The position numbers were made by a program, and so were the translations under genes. Positions 58,904 through 64,000 of a DNA stretch of 64,000 bases are shown here, in pieces. The notes under the pieces were generated by a model that was not told the origin of the DNA, did not search any database, and saw nothing but the letters and a program-made list of their open reading frames with translations. The stretch comes from Myxococcales bacterium (GTDB taxonomy: Bacteria > Myxococcota_A > Polyangia > Polyangiales > DASUME01): contig JASGJH010000001.1 in assembly GCA_047601445.1 (NCBI GenBank), forward strand, positions 2,528,001 through 2,592,000. The letters are read 5' to 3'. Every line of letters begins with the position of its first letter. Positions within the stretch are counted from its first letter, which is position 1.

Positions 58904-60458
58904 ATGGCTACGATCGCACGCTTGCTCTTGTTGTGCCTCCTGCCGCTGGCCTTCCTGGCGGGCTGCGACGACGAACCGAACAACGCCACCGAGCTGAGCG
59001 CAAACTACATCCGGCAATGCGGAGATCACCACGTGCTCGGGCCACGGTGAATGCAGCGCGGGTGACGGCGGGTCCGCCCAGTGTACCTGCGAGGGCGGCT
59101 ACCGAGGCGATAGCTGCCAGTACTGCGAGCCGGGCTTTCACCGCGATTTCTACGACAACTGTACGCGCGACCGGCACTGCTCCGATCAGCCGACCGACTT
59201 CTGCAGCAACCACGGCACCTGCAAGGACGACACCGGCGCGCTCGAGTGCACCTGCGAGACCGGCTATGAAGGGCCCCGTTGCAACCTGTGTGCAGCCACC
59301 CACGGTCGCAATGAGTACGGCGAGTGCGTGCTACTGACGCTCGATCCATCGCAGCCCGGTATGTCCACGCGCTGCAACCCCGATCTCTGCAGCGGCCACG
59401 GCGGCTGCGACGACACCAGCTCTGCGCCGCGCTGCATCTGCGACGCGGGCTACGCGGGCAATCGCTGTGACGGTTGTGCGGACGGCTACGTGCGCCACGG
59501 CAACCTGTGTGCGCGCGACAACGCCTGCTTCGAGGGCGTGTGCGGCGGCCACGGCAGCTGCGACGATCGCTACGGCGCCGTCGAGTGCGTGTGCGGGACG
59601 GGCTTCGGCGGATCGCGCTGCGAGGTCTGCGCATCCGGCTACCACGTGGAGGGGACCTCCTGTGTGATCGACCCGGATTGCCGCGCGAACACCTGCGGTG
59701 GTCTGGGTCCGTGCGCGAACTCGGGCGCGGGCCCGGTGTGCTCGTGCCAGGCGCCCGCCACGGGAGCGCACTGCGAGGCGTGCACCGCTGGCTTCCATCC
59801 GGTGATCAGCGGCGGCTGCGCAGCCAATGAAGTTTGCTCGCCTGACTCGTGCCATGGACACGGCACCTGCGACGACACCAGCGGCATCGTGCGTTGCGAC
59901 TGCTCCACCGGCTATCGCGGTGCCAGCTGTCAGGAATGTGCCGCAGGCTATACGCCCTTCGCGAACGGAACCTGCGCGCTCTACGCCCAGTGTGCCAACC
60001 CCGTCGCCGCCCCGGGCAGCGTGGACTTCGAAGGCGTCGCCGGATTCCCTGATCTGACCGACAACTGCGTCGAGGGCCTGGCAGCCCAGCCCGCCCACGT
60101 GAGCGTGATGACCACGGGTAACGAATCGCTGTTTTCGTGCGCCAAGAGTGACGCGTACGGCATGGACAGCCACCACATCTACGTGCGCATTGGGAAGAAC
60201 GCGCCAGCCGTACTGATGTTCGATGGCACCGTGGGGTCCGTCGGCTTCGAGTACGGAGCCCGCACGGACCTGGCGCTCGATATCCTTGCGGACGACAAGC
60301 TCGTGCGACACCTGGACGGCGCGGTGAGGAGCCGCGGCACAGTCTATCTCTCGCTCTACCCGGCGATCACCAAGCTCACGATCCAGGCCTCGGGCGACGG
60401 CGCCGAGATGACCTTGGCCATCGACGACATCCAGTACTCCCCCCCGACCTGCGAGTGA
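58904..60458 (+). pseudogene. EGF-like-repeat lipoprotein split by a +1 frameshift
   Basis: ATG 58904 gives lipobox LAGC and stops at 59050. The +1 frame from ~59022 reads EITTCSGHGEC...C.C.GGY.G..C and runs into the track ORF 59328-60458. Confidence 0.75.
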
Positions 60459-60496
60459 GCCCGCGGTCGCGGTCCCTCCACGCTCAACGAGAAGCC

Positions 60497-61786
60497 ATGC
60501 AACTCACTCCCCTCCCCAGCATCGTGCGCGCTCGCTTCGCAACGCTGGGCGCCCTGTGCCTGATGGTCTCAGCCTGCGGTGACGATCCCCAGCCTTCGAA
60601 GCACGACGGTGGGATGGAGCCCGTTCCTGGGCCCGATATGTGCGCTGCGGCTGACGCCGGAACGCCGTGCGGCGAGGGCCAATTTTGCGTCGATCATCAA
60701 TGCCTGCCCAATGTGTGCGGCGATGGCGTGCTCGCCGGACACGAGGAGTGCGACGACGGAAATCAGCTGGTCGGCGACGGCTGCTCCCCGAGTTGCCTGC
60801 TGGCGCCCCTGGGTTGCGGTGACGGTGTGGTGCAGCTGGACGAGGAGTGCGACGACGGGAACCAGTACGAGTACGACGCATGCTCCACGGCCTGTAAGCT
60901 CAACCGTTGCGGCAATGGGCGTGAAGACGGCGTGGAAGAGTGCGACGACGGCAACCTGATCAACGACGACGCTTGCAGCGTGACGTGCACCGAGAACCGT
61001 TGCGGCAACGGACGGGTGGACGTCGGCGAAGAGTGCGACGACGGCAATCAGGTGCAGGACGACGGCACCTGGATCTACCAGGACGGCACGCGCAACAACC
61101 GCGACACCTGCAGCAACGCGTGCATCCAGATCGAGTGCGGCAACGGTCGCGTCGAAGGTCCCTTGCTCGGCGGGCAAGAGGAGTGCGACGACGCCAACGA
61201 GAACAACAAGGACCACTGCTCGAACAACTGCTTGGCCACCGGCTGCGGCAACGGCATTCTCGAGGTGGACCTCGGCGAGGTGTGCGAGACGGCACCCTGT
61301 CGCATGGCGGACGGTTCGGTGTGCCCGGGCAACGAAGCGAAGCGGAAGTGCGTCAAGTGCCTGGGCTGGGAAGAGGACACTGCCTGCAAGACCTGCCGCG
61401 ACACCTACTGCAGGGCCTATGATGACAGCGGTGGTGGCGCCGTAGACTTGGTGGCAGGTTGCTTCGAGAAAGACGACGCCAGCTGGGTGCAGGCCTGCGG
61501 GGACCTGGTGACCTGCATGCGTGCGAGCGGCACCGGCTACAATGAGTTGCTCGGCCCCATGGAGAGCTTCTGCGGCACCAGCAACCCTGACACCACGTGC
61601 CAGCAAGAAGGCCTCGCGGACGGCCCATGCATCAAAGAGTGGCAGGCGGCCACCAAGAGTACCGTGCTCGCCACCGTACTGGGGCGCTCCTCCAGTCCGG
61701 CGCGGGCCTCTGGATGGGCATACAAACTCATCTTGTGCGATCAAGCCTCCTGCTTGAGCCAGTGCGGTCCTGGCGCGGTCAAGTAA
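60497..61786 (+). CDS. Myxococcus cysteine-rich repeat (DUF4215-type) lipoprotein
   Basis: Lipobox VSAC; repeated CG[DN]G....EECDDGN....D.CS..C units. Confidence 0.85.
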   Translation: MQLTPLPSIVRARFATLGALCLMVSACGDDPQPSKHDGGMEPVPGPDMCAAADAGTPCGEGQFCVDHQCLPNVCGDGVLAGHEECDDGNQLVGDGCSPSCLLAPLGCGDGVVQLDEECDDGNQYEYDACSTACKLNRCGNGREDGVEECDDGNLINDDACSVTCTENRCGNGRVDVGEECDDGNQVQDDGTWIYQDGTRNNRDTCSNACIQIECGNGRVEGPLLGGQEECDDANENNKDHCSNNCLATGCGNGILEVDLGEVCETAPCRMADGSVCPGNEAKRKCVKCLGWEEDTACKTCRDTYCRAYDDSGGGAVDLVAGCFEKDDASWVQACGDLVTCMRASGTGYNELLGPMESFCGTSNPDTTCQQEGLADGPCIKEWQAATKSTVLATVLGRSSSPARASGWAYKLILCDQASCLSQCGPGAVK

Positions 61787-63233
61787 ATCCTGGACCGCGG
61801 CCGTAGCCGCTGGCTGTCTGGCTTTATCGGGCTGTGAAGGAGGTCGGCGTCCGGCCCCCCGACCTGGCGACAAGCCCGTGACCCTCGCCGTGGCGAGCGA
61901 TGCGGCGGTCCGCCCTGGCGAGGCCACGCTCCGCCCCAGCTTGCGCGTCGCCATCGTGCCCGATCTTTCGGGCACGCTCGAACCCTGCGGCTGTACACGC
62001 GACACGGCGGGAGGCATCGATCGCCTGGCAGCGGCCCTGGATGCACTCGCGCGGGAGCCCGTTCCTCTGCTCAAGCTCGCGACCGGTGCGGTGTTTGCGC
62101 GGCCCAACGATCCAGTTCACTCGCGCCCGCAACGCGAGCAGGCCGAGCTGCGAACCGAAGCCATGACAGCCGCGCTGCAGCGTCTGGATCTCGACGCGCT
62201 GGCGCTGCGCACGGAGGATCTCACCGCCTACGCACCACGCCTGGCTCAGCTCGTGCGCGCCGGAAGGCCCCACCTCTTGGGCCTCGCTTCGCACCCTGAG
62301 CTCAACCTGCAAGGCAGCGCGTTGCTCGGTGAACACGTCGGCGTGGTCAGTACCCTGGGTGAGAACTGGTCAATGGACAGCGCCACCTCACGCATCGCCA
62401 CGCGCGTGAATGAGCTGCGGTCGCAGGGGGCCCGCCTGGTGATCCTGGTCGCTGACGCCGAAACGTCCGCCGCCGATCGCGCCACGAATGTGGGGGCCGA
62501 TCTGGTAATCCGGAGCGACGGACGGCCCGACACGAGCAAGAGTGAAGTGGGTGCCGCCGTGGAGCTTCGAGGTGGTTACCAGGGCGAAGGGCTTTGGGTG
62601 CTCGACATCTGGCGCAACGATGACCAGAGCCCCGGCCTCCAGCTCCTGAAGCAAGCACCCGCGGCGACCGATCCCGCTCCCGGCCACGCCGTGCTCGCCA
62701 CCTATCGACGACTCGATCGGCAAGCGCCCCAGGACCCGACCCTGCGGCGTTTGCTCGACCAGCTCTTCGCTCGCATCAACGAACGCAACGCGGCCCTCGC
62801 GCTCGACGAACCCACGGCGCAAGCCGGCGCCAAGCACACGGCCTACGTGGGCTCCAAGACCTGCGCCGCCTGCCATACGCAGGCGTACTTTTGGTGGCTC
62901 GGCACGCAGCATGGACGGGCCTACGCGTCCCTGCAGGCGCGCAAGCGCGAGCTCGACCTCGACTGCGTCGGCTGCCACGTCACTGGCTTCGCTGAGCCGG
63001 GCGGCGCGAACCTGGCCTCGCTCACCCAGCTAGCGGGCGTGGGCTGCGAGAGCTGTCATGGTCCGGGTGGCAAACACGTGGACGATCCGCGCAGGATCGC
63101 ACCCGAGATCCACCGTCAAGTGGGGGCCAACAAGTGCATCAGCTGCCACGACGCCCAGCACAGCGATCCGTTCGAATACGAGAAATCACGTGCCGCGCTG
63201 CTGACTCCAGCGCATGGAGGCTCGGGCCGCTGA
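61770..63233 (+). CDS. Tetraheme cytochrome c (c554-like) with N-terminal UshA/5'-nucleotidase-like domain
   Basis: GTLEPCGC...GGIDR; CAACH, CVGCH, CESCH and CISCH. An in-frame lipoprotein signal upstream of the track start (61878) suggests a CTG start at 61770. Confidence 0.82.
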   Translation: MARSSKSWTAAVAAGCLALSGCEGGRRPAPRPGDKPVTLAVASDAAVRPGEATLRPSLRVAIVPDLSGTLEPCGCTRDTAGGIDRLAAALDALAREPVPLLKLATGAVFARPNDPVHSRPQREQAELRTEAMTAALQRLDLDALALRTEDLTAYAPRLAQLVRAGRPHLLGLASHPELNLQGSALLGEHVGVVSTLGENWSMDSATSRIATRVNELRSQGARLVILVADAETSAADRATNVGADLVIRSDGRPDTSKSEVGAAVELRGGYQGEGLWVLDIWRNDDQSPGLQLLKQAPAATDPAPGHAVLATYRRLDRQAPQDPTLRRLLDQLFARINERNAALALDEPTAQAGAKHTAYVGSKTCAACHTQAYFWWLGTQHGRAYASLQARKRELDLDCVGCHVTGFAEPGGANLASLTQLAGVGCESCHGPGGKHVDDPRRIAPEIHRQVGANKCISCHDAQHSDPFEYEKSRAALLTPAHGGSGR

Positions 63234-63239
63234 GCGCTC

Positions 63240-64000
63240 TCAGGCCGAGGGACGCAACGAACCGCGCTTCCCGATCAACGTGAACACGAGCGCCAAGACG
63301 AGGGCCGTACCCAACCCGACGACGAGGCTCATGTCGGATCCGAAGCGCAGCCAGGTGGGCACCTTGGCGCGCTCGATCACCAGCTTCGCTTCCATTTCCT
63401 TGGTGGCACTGGTCGGCAGTCCAGCTTGCTTGGCGTCGCGCACGATCTGTTCGGCCTTCTCGAATTCACGCTCCTGCAGGGCGAGCGCCCAAGCGTAGGT
63501 GAAGGTCCGGGGATCTTGCGGCGAGAGCTTGCGGAAGGTGTCCACGCAGGTGCGCAAACGATCCTCGTCCTCGAGTCGCAGCGCAAGCTCGCAGCGCAGC
63601 TGGGCGACCAGCTGCTTGGCGGCGAGCTCCACCCCCATCTCCTTGTCCAGGTGCGCCATGACGGCGTCGAGCTCCTGCACCTCGGCGGACGACGGGGCCT
63701 GATCGCGGGCCAGCATCAAGCGCACGTAGACCGCGTAGTCATCGGCCGTGACGCCACCCAGACCGAGCGCCGTCTTGCAGCTCTCGATGGCGTGCTCGAG
63801 ATCGCCGAGCTCCTTGTAGGACCGGCACATCTTGCTGAAGGAGACCGCGCGCTCCGGCACCGCCTTGGCGATCGCCTGGTAGTAGCGAACCGCGGCGGCG
63901 TGATCACCGCGCTGCGAGGCGGCCTCGGCCCGCGCGATCAGGTCCATCATCAAGTACCCCATGTCGAGCGGCTTCTTCAGCGCCTGCTCGGGCGTGGGCA
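63240..64000 (-). CDS. TPR-repeat protein with C-terminal TM segment (partial, start outside the window)
   Basis: AAAVRYYQAIAKAVPE...LEHAIESCKTAL; frame is open to the window end; TM segment followed by KRG. Confidence 0.75.
   Translation of the reverse strand, partial: PTPEQALKKPLDMGYLMMDLIARAEAASQRGDHAAAVRYYQAIAKAVPERAVSFSKMCRSYKELGDLEHAIESCKTALGLGGVTADDYAVYVRLMLARDQAPSSAEVQELDAVMAHLDKEMGVELAAKQLVAQLRCELALRLEDEDRLRTCVDTFRKLSPQDPRTFTYAWALALQEREFEKAEQIVRDAKQAGLPTSATKEMEAKLVIERAKVPTWLRFGSDMSLVVGLGTALVLALVFTLIGKRGSLRPSA

Noticed and set aside
59048..59050. Selenocysteine readthrough of the TGA
   Set aside because: The EGF pattern continues in a different frame, so this is a frameshift, not readthrough.

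Overview
GC-rich bacterial DNA with myxobacterial hallmarks, probably Polyangiales-like: Ser/Thr kinases with PEGA/TPR partners, VWA and Cys-rich lipoproteins, Myxococcus cysteine-rich repeats and a MYXO-CTERM-like tail. The first ~24 kb is mostly housekeeping: korBA, acyl-CoA dehydrogenase, argS, creBCD, an M16 peptidase pair, gpmI, slyD and OmpA. It also holds a 158-bp MITE-like element in the creB/creD intergenic region and an intact IS630-derived gene that lacks two catalytic Asp residues. From ~24.4 kb onward lies an accessory cell-surface region rich in phosphorus-related genes (ppk1, beta-propeller phytase, 5'-nucleotidase, porin plus small PstS-like protein). Several of its intergenic regions carry 11-bp-periodic Pho-box-like repeats. 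This region also has two receptor-TPR-lipoprotein modules and a five-gene operon: atypical DsbA, non-canonical di-heme lipoprotein, EGF-repeat and Cys-rich-repeat lipoproteins, and a UshA-like tetraheme cytochrome. Two genes carry +1 frameshifts. No rRNA, tRNA or CRISPR array was seen. All family calls come from motif recognition by eye, not database searches.
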